DNA of 63,262 nucleotides, counting the filler, from Reclinomonas americana ATCC 50394 (Eukaryota), in assembly GCA_048213135.1 (NCBI GenBank). It is 3 parts of 2 records of this genome, joined end to end, with 100 filler letters (N's around TTAATTAATTAA, not from the genome) between each part and the next. Parts side by side here need not be neighbours in the genome. Positions count along the whole stretch, not along the records: positions 25,961 to 55,967 come from PS015106.1; positions 56,068 to 63,262 come from PS015107.1; 1 more part is not named here. The stretch is one strand, 5' to 3'. The stretch's first letter is position 1. Every line of letters begins with the position of its first letter. Position numbers and translations under genes: made by a program. Of this stretch, positions 51,573 through 63,262 are shown piece after piece. Below the pieces are notes generated by a model. That model searched no databases, was not told the origin of the DNA, and saw nothing but the letters and a program-made list of their open reading frames with translations.

Positions 51573-53315
51573 TCACAGCAGTAGTGGCGCCGGCAGCTTG
51601 TTCGGCGAGCGCGGCGAACCTGACAGCGCCGCACTCCCGCTGCCTCTGGCCACTGGTGACGACGGAGTGCACAGATCGTCGTGTCCCGTCATGTGGCCAC
51701 CGACGCCGCCACCGGCTTCGCATGGCAGCGTAGACGAGGACAGCACCGACGACGATGCCACGGAGGCCGTCGCGTGGTGATAGGAACGTGGATACGGAAC
51801 CGCACGATGCTGCACCGACGTGGACGACGACGCGTGTGGTGGTGAGCTGGGCCCCGACAACGGGACCGACTTGACGGGCGACACGGGTTGCGGAGATGCT
51901 GCCGTCTGCGCCGGTAGTCTGATCTCAAACGTCATTTGCTGCTGCAGTTGCTGTTGCAGTTGTTGTGCGTGGCTCTGGTGGCCAGGTCGGTACGGAAGGT
52001 GAGAGTTGCTGCGGTGACCATTCTGCGGATGATGTCCGCCCGCCAAGAACGATGACAGATCGCGCTCCCACGGTAATACACGTCGTTCGGCTGCTGCGGC
52101 AGCGGCAGCGGCGTGCGAGGCAGCAGCGGTGCTGCTGGTGGTGAGCGACTGCAACCATGACTGGTCGTCAAAGGGCGCAGACGAGTCGCCGGATGCGGTC
52201 GCAGGCGTCGATGGTGCTGGTGGCGCGACGGGCGTTGATCCGGGTGGTTGCGGGACTGCGGCACTGGCCATCAGCGCCTCGCGCAGTCGACTGGCCAGCG
52301 CACCACTATCCCGCGACCGAGCAATGGTGAACGGTGGGCCACCAGCTCCCATGCCCGACGTTCCCCCACTCATCGGAAGTGCACCGACACTGCTGCTGCC
52401 GGTCAGATTTGGTGCACCATTCAGTCCCGTGGGCGCACCAGAGCAACCTCCAGTGCTACTGGGCACAGAGGCCGCTGTCGTGACTGTGCCCGCGGACAGT
52501 GCAGCAGTCATCGGAGTCCCAGCCACGGCAGTTGCCGCTGACGCGGCGATGGCTGTCGTCGATCCACTCGACGCTGGCGCTGTCGCCGCCGCCGCCGACG
52601 GTGGTGCCATGGAAGACGGACCGGCAAGTGGGGCCCCGAGGTACCACAGTTCCCTCTCCGCGCTCTGATCCTTCAGCTCCTCCAGCCACATTTCTACGCG
52701 CTCTGTCGACGACAGCCGTCCAAGAGTACGCAACAGCGCCTTGGTCAGACGGCCACTGGGACGAGCCTGTGGAGGCACAGAGAAGGATTTGTCAGCCAAA
52801 TGCATGCCCAACTGGGTAGCAGACAGGGGGAAATGGTTGCCAAACCTCTTCACCCGCTCGAGTTGGCGATATTCTTGGCGCACCAATGCCAACTGCACCG
52901 AGACCAGCCACCAGACCGAAAGTGGGTGAGGTGCCGAGAGCGGCGCTGCTCTGCATCACATGACCGGGGCCAGCGACCAGCGAGCGCGCCACCACACCGC
53001 CATCGGCACCCTGACTGGCAAAGCCGGCCACCAGGTCCAATCCACTGCTGCCACCACCGATGCTGCCGCTGCCAGCGTGGTGCAAGCCTCCGCTGACTCC
53101 AATGATCATGCCGCCACCGTGGAGGCCGCCGACACCGTGCGCTCGCTCTCCAGCACCCGGTGCACTGCCCGATCCAACGGTTCCAGCACCGTGCACAGCC
53201 AGCACCACCACACCACCCTGCGATGACGACTGCACAAAGTCGTGCACTCCACCGCCGTCGCTGTGGAGTTCCAGATCTCTCACCGACGGGTGCGTGGCAG
53301 CCGACGATGCCGCTG
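51573..53315 (-). CDS. Ser/Ala/Gly/Pro-rich protein of unknown function; may continue upstream into His/Gln-rich exons at ~54690-55810
   Basis: Long open frame (441 aa ORF plus upstream in-frame extension) with coding-like composition; no recognisable domain. Confidence 0.55.
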
Positions 53316-56300
53316 CGGAGAGAGAGAAAGAGACAGAAAGGTGAGTCAGCGGCACGAAAAGGCAAGAACAAGTGCGGATTCGGGAGGCAGGCGTCTGAAA
53401 GACAGCGAGACGGATGCAAGCAGGTGCAGTCGAAACTCTGAAAGGAATCGATGACGACAGCAGGAGAAGGGCGAGGAAACGAATGGATGCCGCACACCAA
53501 ACAAGCGAGGAGAATGTGGAGCGCAAAAAGTGGCATGTGAAAGTGTGCGCGCAAAAGGTTGCGTGGCAGTAACGAGGTGTATCCGCATAGCCAACATCCG
53601 ACACACTCGACGACGAGAAAACGCCGCTCGAACTACACATAAAATAATGGAAGGCACAACCCCACCGCTCCCCCGATGATTCGCTTCTCTGTGCAACGTC
53701 TGAAAGACTTCAAGAGGATCGCACAAAAAACATGGCGCAAAAGAGAGAATCGTGCATGCGCGAGAAATGGGAAACAATCCGCAGAGAGGAACTCACTCCA
53801 ATTCCGAACGAGACGACTGGTGATGTAATTGCAACAGCCCCGAACACCAATCCATCGAGAAACAAATTGTGCGGGGGAGCAGTGGACAGGGGAGAGAGGG
53901 GGTTTTTTGGTCAAGGGTCGAGGCAAGCAACATTTTGAAGCTGCTTTCCTGCAATTCCTCTCACCACTTGCCACTAACTATTCAACACCCTTGCACTCAC
54001 ACCCATGCCATACACAAGAGCACACACATGCACAATGCAGAGTGTGCAGTACGGAGGAGGCACACACGGGAAGAGGGAAAAAGGAGATTCAACAACGTGA
54101 ACACCATGCCACTCCAATTACGATTTGAAACGCTACCTGTTGCAATTCCCTCCGCCAGCCGCCACTCACTGCTAACTGTCAAAATACTCTCATGCTTTCT
54201 CTCCCTCCCACATACACACTTTGCACAGAAGAACGGGAGAGTGCACTGACGCTGAAAAGCGCGACAACAAAGAAAAAAGGGAATCAAAATCCACAACTGC
54301 CCCCGCCACACAAGCAACGAGGAGAACAAAGCCGCACACCGACACACTCTCACAGCAGCAGTGCACAGCGAGAGAGAGACAGAGAGAGAGAGAAACACAG
54401 CAACACTTTATGCTTGCACCCGCCAAGTGAACATTCGACTGCGACAGTGCACATTCTGCGAATGCAACTACCACGCGACTCTCTCTTCCCGTGTCGAGAA
54501 CGCGCATGCACACATACACACGCATAGAGACACATAACGGCACACGTACGCCCAGAGAGACAACCGGCAACCATGTGTTTCGCGCCAACAAAAACTCACA
54601 CTGCTGCAGTCATCACACCCCATGACCCCCCCCCGCGCGCGCGCGCGCTCTCTCTCTCTCTCTCTCTCCTACCAACCACACGCGCACTCACCAGCACCAG
54701 TGCGCGTCGAGTTGGCCTTGCCTGGTGACGCACGCCGCCTTCTATGATGGTGATGACCTCTGTGATGGTGATGCCGCTTGTCACCGCGCTGATGATGATG
54801 GTGATGGTGGTGATGGTGATGCGCGTTGCCTCCACTAACAGTACCAGCAGCAGCAGAGGACGNNNNNNNNNNNNNNNNNNNNNNNNNNNNNNNNNNNNNN
54901 NNNNNNNNNNNNNNNNNNNNNNNNNNNNNNNNNNNNNNNNNNNNNNNNNNNNNNNNNNNNNNNNNNNNNNNNNNNNNNNNNNNNNNNNNNNNNNNNNNNN
55001 NNNNNNNNNNNNNNNNNNNNNNNNNNNNNNNNNNNNNNNNNNNNNNNNNNNNNNNNNNNNNNNNNNNNNNNNNNNNNNNNNNNNNNNNNNNNNNNNNNNN
55101 NNNNNNNNNNNNNNNNNNNNNNNNNNNNNNNNNNNNNNNNNNNNNNNNNNNNNNNNNNNNNNNNNNNNNNNNNNNNNNNNNNNNNNNNNNNNNNNNNNNN
55201 NNNNNNNNNNNNNNNNNNNNNNNNNNNNNNNNNNNNNNNNNNNNNNNNNNNNNNNNNNNNNNNNNNNNNNNNNNNNNNNNNNNNNNNNNNNNNNNNNNNN
55301 NNNNNNNNNNNNNNNNNNNNNNNNNNNNNNNNNNNNNNNNNNNNNNNNNNNNNNNNNNNNNNNNNNNNNNNNNNNNNNNNNNNNNNNNNNNNNNNNNNNN
55401 NNNNNNNNNNNNNNNNNNNNNNNNNNNNNNNNNNNNNNNNNNNNNNNNNNNNNNNNNNNNNNNNNNNNNNNNNNNNNNNNNNNNNNNNNNNNNNNNNNNN
55501 NNNNNNNNNNNNNNNNNNNNNNNNNNNNNNNNNNNNNNNNNNNNNNNNNNNNNNNNAGTTGGGCGCAGGTGGTGGCGGTGGAGGCATGGACGAGGCCAAC
55601 AACAAGTGTGACTTGCCCACAACGCCACCGCCGCCTACCGCGTGCGCGCTGTTGCCAGTGGCAGAGAGCGGGTAGTGGAGTCGTTGTTGTTGTTGTTGCT
55701 GTTGTTGTTGGTGACGGTGGTGGTGAGGGAAGGCATGGCGCTCGGCATCACCCTGGTTCTCCTTGCTCTCCACGCCGCCGGTCTCGTGAGAGTATGACGC
55801 GCCCATCATATACCTCGAGAGGAAACACACCTAAACACACACGCACTCACTCGCTCGCACCAAACACACAGAAAAAGATGCCTATGTTCTCTTGTGTTTT
55901 GCGAGAGAAGGCCAAATTGAAACGGTCGCGTGTTTCGCGCGCTTTTGGTGCGTCCGCTTTGTGAACGNNNNNNNNNNNNNNNNNNNNNNNNNNNNNNNNN
56001 NNNNNNNNNNNTTAATTAATTAANNNNNNNNNNNNNNNNNNNNNNNNNNNNNNNNNNNNNNNNNNNNCAAAATACAAGGTCAGCACACTTTTCACAAACG
56101 AGATGCAGGGTATCTTGGTGAATCCAGGCACAGAGAGTAGAGCAGATAGGGAGAGAGAAAGGGGAGAGGCGAAGAAACAAGGCGGCGACAAGTGCGTGAC
56201 GAGAAACGGGTTGCCAACGCGCGGGACATTAGACATGGCGCGCACACACACACAAACGAGAAAGCAAGCACGCAACAAGACACGCACACCGCGAGAAGAT

Positions 56301-58836
56301 GCACAAAAGATGGCGACGAACGAAAATGAAGAGAGAAAGGCGAGCGAGTGCGAGAAGCGGGAGTCGGTGAAAAGGGGGAGTTATAAAGTGCACGACACAC
56401 GAACCAATCAACACGCGCACACGCAGGCACACAAGAGAGAGCCACCATCACGGAACAGAGGATGGTGGTGAGCAACAAAAGAGACTAAAGAAAAAGGAGA
56501 GCAAGAGTTGCACGGCTTGGGCGTTTTCATGCTGCATGGCGCCGAATCAAACATGCATCACACCACGCACGACCACTGAGGCACAGGCGCACAGAGGAAG
56601 TGAAAGGTAGCGCGGAGAGAGCGCAAAGGGGAAAAGAGGGGAGCGAGAGGGAGAGAGTGAAAAGAAAAACGGCAGGGGAGTTGGGATGAAATGTCACATG
56701 TCCATGGCCAAGAAAAATCAAACACCACAATGCACAGCAAAGAAAGGAGAGGCTGGGGGGAAGGGAGGAGAAGAGGGTGCGTGGTGGGGGCAAGCGAGTG
56801 GATGGAAAACAAACCATTGTAAAATAAAGAAGTGGCTTCCGCGCTTGCGAGTTGCAAAAAAAGGAGACGAGGTGGCGATCGATTGGCTGGACAGGTGGAA
56901 TCTCGCCACCTCAAATTTGGAGCGGACATGAGAACCCGGCGCACTGTGCCGCATGTGATGCGCCTTCACCTCTGCATACCAGCCGCGCTCTTCTTTTCAT
57001 CCGTGTATGGTCGAAAGCGCGAGAAAAAATCAAAGTTTTCGCGTGCAAGATTCGACCGTTTGTCTAGAAACAAAAGGCCAATCAATAATTTGGCGCGCGC
57101 ACGCCGCTTTCCCACTTCCTGCGCCGCAACTGCGGTGCGCTGCGGTGCATTGCACGTCTGCACCTCGGCAAAACTGAGCAACGCGCAGGTATTCTCCGGC
57201 AAACCGACACGTGAAACGCCTCCAAGCCGGCCAAGTCGAACAACGGCCGGCTGCTCGCGGCAAGAGTGCCGTTGCGGCCGCGCGTTGTTTGTTCCAATTT
57301 TTTTACACATTCTGTGAGCCATGGTTGGTGCTGATCGAACTGCTTCTTTTCCGCGTGTCTTCTCCTCTCTTGTTTCAAATCCACTCCAGTATCTCGCTTG
57401 ATCTCCCTGTTGTCGCGTGGTGCATGCACTTTTTGTGTGTGCAACATGTGCGCGCGCGTTTATGTTTGTGTCTTTCTTCTCTCCCCACTCAGCGCCTCTC
57501 ATCCCTCGTTCGCCCCCACCATCTTTTGCANNNNNNNNNNNNNNNNNNNNNNNNNNNNNNNNNNNNNNNNNNNNNNNNNNNNNNNNNNNNNNNNNNNNNN
57601 NNNNNNNNNNNNNNNNNNNNNNNNNNNNNNNNNNNNNNNNNNNNNNNNNNNNNNNNNNNNNNNNNNNNNNNNNNNNNNNNNNNNNNNNNNNNNNNNNNNN
57701 NNNNNNNNNNNNNNNNNNNNNNNNNNNNNNNNNNNNNNNNNNNNNNNNNNNNNNNNNNNNNNNNNNNNNNNNNNNNNNNNNNNNNNNNNNNNNNNNNNNN
57801 NNNNNNNNNNNNNNNNNNNNNNNNNNNNNNNNNNNNNNNNNNNNNNNNNNNNNNNNNNNNNNNNNNNNNNNNNNNNNNNNNNNNNNNNNNNNNNNNNNNN
57901 NNNNNNNNNNNNNNNNNNNNNNNNNNNNNNNNNNNNNNNNNNNNNNNNNNNNNNNNNNNNNNNNNNNNNNNNNNNNNNNNNNNNNNNNNNNNNNNNNNNN
58001 NNNNNNNNNNNNNNNNNNNNNNNNNNNNNNNNNNNNNNNNNNNNNNNNNNNNNNNNNNNNNNNNNNNNNNNNNNNNNNNNNNNNNNNNNNNNNNNNNNNN
58101 NNNNNNNNNNNNNNNNNNNNNNNNNNNNNNNNNNNNNNNNNNNNNNNNNNNNNNNNNNNNNNNNNNNNNNNNNNNNNNNNNNNNNNNNNNNNNNNNNNNN
58201 NNNNNNNNNNNNNNNNNNNNNNNNNNNNNNNNNNNNNNNNNNNNNNNNNNNNNNNNNNNNNNNNNNNNNNNNNNNNNNNNNNNNNNNNNNNNNNNNNNNN
58301 NNNNNNNNNNNNNNNNNNNNNNNNNNNNNNNNNNNNNNNNNNNNNNNNNNNNNNNNNNNNNNNNNNNNNNNNNNNNNNNNNNNNNNNNNNNNNNNNNNNN
58401 NNNNNNNNNNNNNNNNNNNNNNNNNNNNNNNNNNNNNNNNNNNNNNNNNNNNNNNNNNNNNNNNNNNNNNNNNNNNNNNNNNNNNNNNNNNNNNNNNNNN
58501 NNNNNNNNNNNNNNNNNNNNNNNNNNNTTTGAGTTTTGTGGGAGTGGTGAAGGATTTGTACTCTGTGTGTTTAGTTGTGGTCTCTGAGGCTGTGTCGGTC
58601 TTCGGCTCGGCTGCGTGTTTGTGCCAACGTGTTCAGTGTGAAGGAGTGAGGCAGTCGATTTTTTTGACTGCTGCTTTTTTCGTGTACGTTTGTTTGTGCA
58701 AGCGTGTGGAGGGAAATGAAATCGAGACGAATCCTCGGGAAACTCTTCCTCCTCCCATGTCTCCAACGTTTGATTTACGCAATGCCCCACCCACACATAC
58801 AACAAACAAACAAATTGCTCCTCCTCCTCCTGCTCC

Positions 58837-61243
58837 TTAGCCGCACACTTGCTTCAGGGCCTTCTCGAAAATTTCGAGTCCCTCGTCGATCTCGGCACGG
58901 GTGACGACCAGCGGCGGCACCCAGCGGTACACGTTGCCGTCTGCGCGCAGTGACGCACAATAATAGTGTGAGTGCGACAGTGCAGAGAAAAACCGGGAGC
59001 AATATCGTGTGCGTGATTTTCGCAACAGAGTCCGCAGACGAGCAGCAGCAGGCGGTTGTGGATCAGGTGAGGCTTCATTGCCGTCACAGTGTTGGCGTCG
59101 GGCTTGCCGTCCTTGGTGGTGAACTCCACACCCACCATGAGTCCGCGGCCGCGGACGTCGCCAATCACCGGGTACTTGCGCTGCGCACACGCACACACAC
59201 AACCACCTGAGTGCCACGCGACTTTTCTCTCGCGGACTGCAGGAGCACGGACGCACCTGCAATTCGCGCAGTCGCTGCATGAGGTACTCGCCCTGCACGC
59301 GAGCGTTCTCAATGAGGCCCTCCGACTGGATCACGTCAATGGTGGCCGACGCCGCAGCAATGGCCACGGCGTTGTTGCCTGCGAAATCAACGGTAAGGAT
59401 CACACAGCGAAAAGACCAGCAAGCACAGCGCACGCCCGTCACCATTATAGGTGCCGCCGACACTGCCCTTGACCAGCTTGTCGTGGAACGAACGCGGAGC
59501 AGCAATGGCGGCAAGCGGCATGCCCGACGCAATACCCTTGGCCATGACAATCATGTCCACCTCGATGCCACTCTCCTCGTGCGCCCACATGCTATGTGTC
59601 TGACGTGAGAGAAGGCACCAATAGAGTNNNNNNNNNNNNNNNNNNNNNNNNNNNNNNNNNNNNNNNNNNNNNNNNNNNNNNNNNNNNNNNNNNNNNNNNN
59701 NNNNNNNNNNNNNNNNNNNNNNNNNNNNNNNNNNNNNNNNNNNNNNNNNNNNNNNNNNNNNNNNNNNNNNNNNNNNNNNNNNNNNNNNNNNNNNNNNNNN
59801 NNNNNNNNNNNNNNNNNNNNNNNNNNNNNNNNNNNNNNNNNNNNNNNNNNNNNNNNNNNNNNNNNNNNNNNNNNNNNNNNNNNNNNNNNNNNNNNNNNNN
59901 NNNNNNNNNNNNNNNNNNNNNNNNNNNNNNNNNNNNNNNNNNNNNNNNNNNNNNNNNNNNNNNNNNNNNNNNNNNNNNNNNNNNNNNNNNNNNNNNNNNN
60001 NNNNNNNNNNNNNNNNNNNNNNNNNNNNNNNNNNNNNNNGCATTACACACACGAAAACACGAACCGTCCCGAACGCGCAAAGCCACTCTGCACCTCGTCG
60101 GCAATCAGCAGGATGCCGTGCTTGTCGCAAATCTTGCGCAGTCCCTGCAGGTAGCTCGGCGGGCACGGAATGTAGCCACCTGCGCTCGTTCATTGTCAGT
60201 CACCACACACACACACACACAGCAAGACATAGCCGCACAGCACGAACCCTCGCCCTGAATCGGCTCAATCACAATCGCAGCCGTCTCCTCCGGCGGGCAC
60301 CGCGTGTGCAAAATAAACTCCAACTGGTTGAGGCACATCTTGACCGTCTGCTCCTCGCTCATTCCCTGCTCCGTCTTGTAGCGATACGAGTACGGGAACG
60401 GCGCAAAGTCAATGCCACCCGGCAACTGACCAAACCGCTGGCGGTAATACAAGCGACTCAGCGTCATGGCCATGCCTGCATGCTCGGTGAGTGACACGGA
60501 ACAAAACAACGTCAAGCACTCAATGCCCAGCGCAACTCATGTACAATCGTCCATGGAAAGCGCCCTCGTAGCAGATAATGTAGTTGCGCCCGGTGGCCGC
60601 ACGTGCCAACTTGACAGCGTTCTCCACGGCCTCAGAGCCCGAGTTGGCTACACAAGGCGGAGGTCAGCTGTGAAGAACAACAGTATGCAACGCAAAGGAC
60701 GCAACTAAAGATGAGCGAGTCGAGCTTGCGCGGCACCAACGCCAGCAGCTTCTCCGTCAGCTTGAGCGTCGGCGCACCCAGGTAGCAGCTGGCCTGCGTC
60801 AGAAGCACCTGCGCAGCCTGATCCTGAATCGCCTTGACCACCGTCGGGTGGCAGTGACCCGTGCTCGTCACACCTGCAACCCCACCCCGAGTGAGTCTCT
60901 TGTATGTGCATGTGTGTATGTGTGTGTTTCTCTCTGTGTCTCTCACCAATACCACTGGTGAAATCGAGATAGCCGCGAGAGTCGCCACCGACAGTGTAGA
61001 CGCGGCATCCGCTGCCCTTCTCCACCACCAGTGTCTCTGCAAAGCGACCAATGGCGGGGCTCATGTTCTGCGCGAGGCGGTCGTAGGGCGCAGGAATGGG
61101 CGGCAACTGCGGGGCAGTCGACGCGGAGAACGCGCGACGAAGAGTCTGTGTGTGTGGAGAGAGGAGAGAGAGTGAGATGTGTGTGCATGTGAGTTGTGTG
61201 TGTGTGTGTGTGTGCGGAATGCAACTGTGAGAAGTGGTCGCAT
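58837..61243 (-). CDS. Class-III PLP aminotransferase, 4-aminobutyrate aminotransferase (GabT/PuuE)-like, with mitochondrial-type presequence
   Basis: [108 protein letters not shown]-terminus [15 protein letters not shown]. Confidence 0.92.
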
Positions 61244-62263
61244 CACGCGTGCTGGTAGTGTTTCGGGGATGGATGGCTCTTTCGCGCGGATGAATATTCG
61301 AATCAGTGAATCGGAATTTGTGTAAGCGCGTCAAAGAAGAACTGCGATTTTAATAGCAACACACAGAGAGATGCAGGCACCACCGGGCGACACACATATT
61401 TCGTCGGGGGTTGATTAAGAGGGAAGACGATGTCGCTCCCTGGCGGGCCCGCGCATACACAACACATTGTACACACACACACACACATATGTAGAGAGGG
61501 GAAGATAGAGACGGAGAGCAACAACAGCAACGACCAAAACACTCACATAAGAACAACAAAAACAAAACAAACTCAGAACTGATTCTCTTTTTTTNNNNNN
61601 NNNNNNNNNNNNNNNNNNNNNNNNNNNNNNNNNNNNNNNNNNNNNNNNNNNNNNNNNNNNNNNNNNNNNNNNNNNNNNNNNNNNNNNNNNNNNNNNNNNN
61701 NNNNNNNNNNNNNNNNNNNNNNNNNNNNNNNNNNNNNNNNNNNNNNNNNNNNNNNNNNNNNNNNNNNNNNNNNNNNNNNNNNNNNNNNNNNNNNNNNNNN
61801 NNNNNNNNNNNNNNNNNNNNNNNNNNNNNNNNNNNNNNNNNNNNNNNNNNNNNNNNNNNNNNNNNNNNNNNNNNNNNNNNNNNNNNNNNNNNNNNNNNNN
61901 NNNNNNNNNNNNNNNNNNNNNNNNNNNNNNNNNNNNNNNNNNNNNNNNNNNNNNNNNNNNNNNNNNNNNNNNNNNNNNNNNNNNNNNNNNNNNNNNNNNN
62001 NNNNNNNNNNNNNNNNNNNNNNNNNNNNNNNNNNNNNNNNNNNNNNNNNNNNNNNNNNNNNNNNNNNNNNNNNNNNNNNNNNNNNNNNNNNNNNNNNNNN
62101 NNNNNNNNNNNNNNNNNNNNNNNNNNNNNNNNNNNNNNNNNNNNNNNNNNNNNNNNNNNNNNNNNNNNNNNNNNNNNNNNNNNNNNNNNNNNNNNNNNNN
62201 NNNNNNNNNNNNNNNNNNNNNNNNNNNNNNCTCGTAATTTTTTCTGTTTCCCACCCGACCAGC

Positions 62264-63262
62264 TCACCCGGGGCGCAGCAGCTCGGGATGGGTGGCACTC
62301 TCGGCGCGCACCTCAAAGTTGGGCCCCGAGAAGAGCTCATTCAGCAGCATCTTCCAGCACGGATGGGTGCGCTTCCAGCACTCCTTCGTCGGCAAGCTGA
62401 GCACGTGCTGACAAATGTGGCGACGCAGTGGATCGAGGGCGAGGCGCGTCTGGCCGCGATGCAGCGTAATGTTGGCGTGGAACCAGGTGATGGCGGTGGC
62501 CAGCTGCTCACGCTCCACGTCGGATAGCGGGCGCGCCGGATCCAGGCGCTTGCGCCGCTTGGAGCCGGCTGGAGAGCCAGCGGCTGCGCGCGAGCTGCGA
62601 CGGCCACGACCGGCCTTGCGAGACGACGGCGACGATTTCATTGCCTCGTCGCCGCCGTACTCGTCCTCGTCGTCGTCATCGTCGTCCGCGCCACCGTCAT
62701 CCACATCGTCGCCCTCATAGTCGCCCTCGTCCGACGACAGCTCGTGGTGTGCACGTCGGCGCGACGACGAGCCGTGCGATGACGAGGCCGAGGAGATGGA
62801 CGAGTGGCGACGGCGGTTGGCCGCCATGGCAGCAGCCACCTGCGCCGGCGACGGCGGCAACGACTGCACCGACTCGGGCGGCGACGCAAAGCCGCTGCCA
62901 TACACACCGCTGGGCAGGTAGTCGGCAGGTTCCACCGATGCCGCTCGACGGTACGTGCCGCTGCCAGTGGTCGCGCGGCGCGCACGGTACGGCGACTGCG
63001 GCGGTGAGTTGAGCGGCGACAGATTCGGCGACACGAGGTCGCCGTCCAGTGGCGGCAACGGCGGCAAGCCCGGGAACGGAGGAGCGGCAGTCGACGACGG
63101 CGACGTGGCGGTTGTGGCGTTGGTCGGCACGGCGGCTCCACCGAGACGCGCCGGCGGCTTGGGTTGCCGCGTGCGCGTGCGCGACGGGCGCGAAATGACC
63201 TCGATCTCCGGGTTGTCGCTGCCGTCGTCGCCAGAGTCCTCCGAGTGGTGGCCGCGCCCCGC
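62264..63262 (-). CDS. Partial low-complexity (S/P/D/R-rich) protein with basic NLS-like KRRKR motif; unknown function
   Basis: Open frame of more than 288 aa running off the window end; ends at a probable G|GTGAGC donor near 62268. Confidence 0.55.
   Translation of the reverse strand, partial: AGRGHHSEDSGDDGSDNPEIEVISRPSRTRTRQPKPPARLGGAAVPTNATTATSPSSTAAPPFPGLPPLPPLDGDLVSPNLSPLNSPPQSPYRARRATTGSGTYRRAASVEPADYLPSGVYGSGFASPPESVQSLPPSPAQVAAAMAANRRRHSSISSASSSHGSSSRRRAHHELSSDEGDYEGDDVDDGGADDDDDDEDEYGGDEAMKSSPSSRKAGRGRRSSRAAAGSPAGSKRRKRLDPARPLSDVEREQLATAITWFHANITLHRGQTRLALDPLRRHICQHVLSLPTKECWKRTHPCWKMLLNELFSGPNFEVRAESATHPELLRPG

Noticed and set aside
57211-58840. Several 370-480 aa ORFs
   Set aside because: Almost entirely X residues from N gaps; the same applies to other gap-spanning ORFs.

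Overview
Gapped draft scaffold from an intron-rich, gene-dense eukaryotic microbe, probably a flagellated protist (it has ZMYND10, a tubulin-deglutamylase-type carboxypeptidase and kinesin-8; the lineage cannot be fixed from this window). Hand-splicing short (~55-100 nt) GT-AG introns gives about 25 protein genes: ABHD hydrolase, SEN34, an F-box/LRR/MOB1 fusion, ENY2/Sus1, FYVE-PH, TMEM86/YhhN, CCP/AGBL, kinesin-8, profilin, a coiled-coil protein, EF-hand, threonine dehydratase, GCH1, TPR-ankyrin-MYND, RPL38, di-UBL, two WD40s, TAF4, ZMYND10, RRM and a class-III aminotransferase, plus one tRNA-Leu(AAG). The strongest unexpected signal is a second, abundant class of 5' splice site: where the exon does not end in G, the donor is usually GTTGCG (21 cases found by hand), the normal local donor motif GTGCG/GTGAG shifted one nucleotide into the intron. 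Other highlights are a tRNA-Leu with no long variable arm, the F-box-LRR-MOB fusion, a structured long intron in RPL38, and extremely tight gene packing. All gene models are manual and unverified by transcripts; N-gaps and two artificial TTAATTAATTAA linkers limit continuity.
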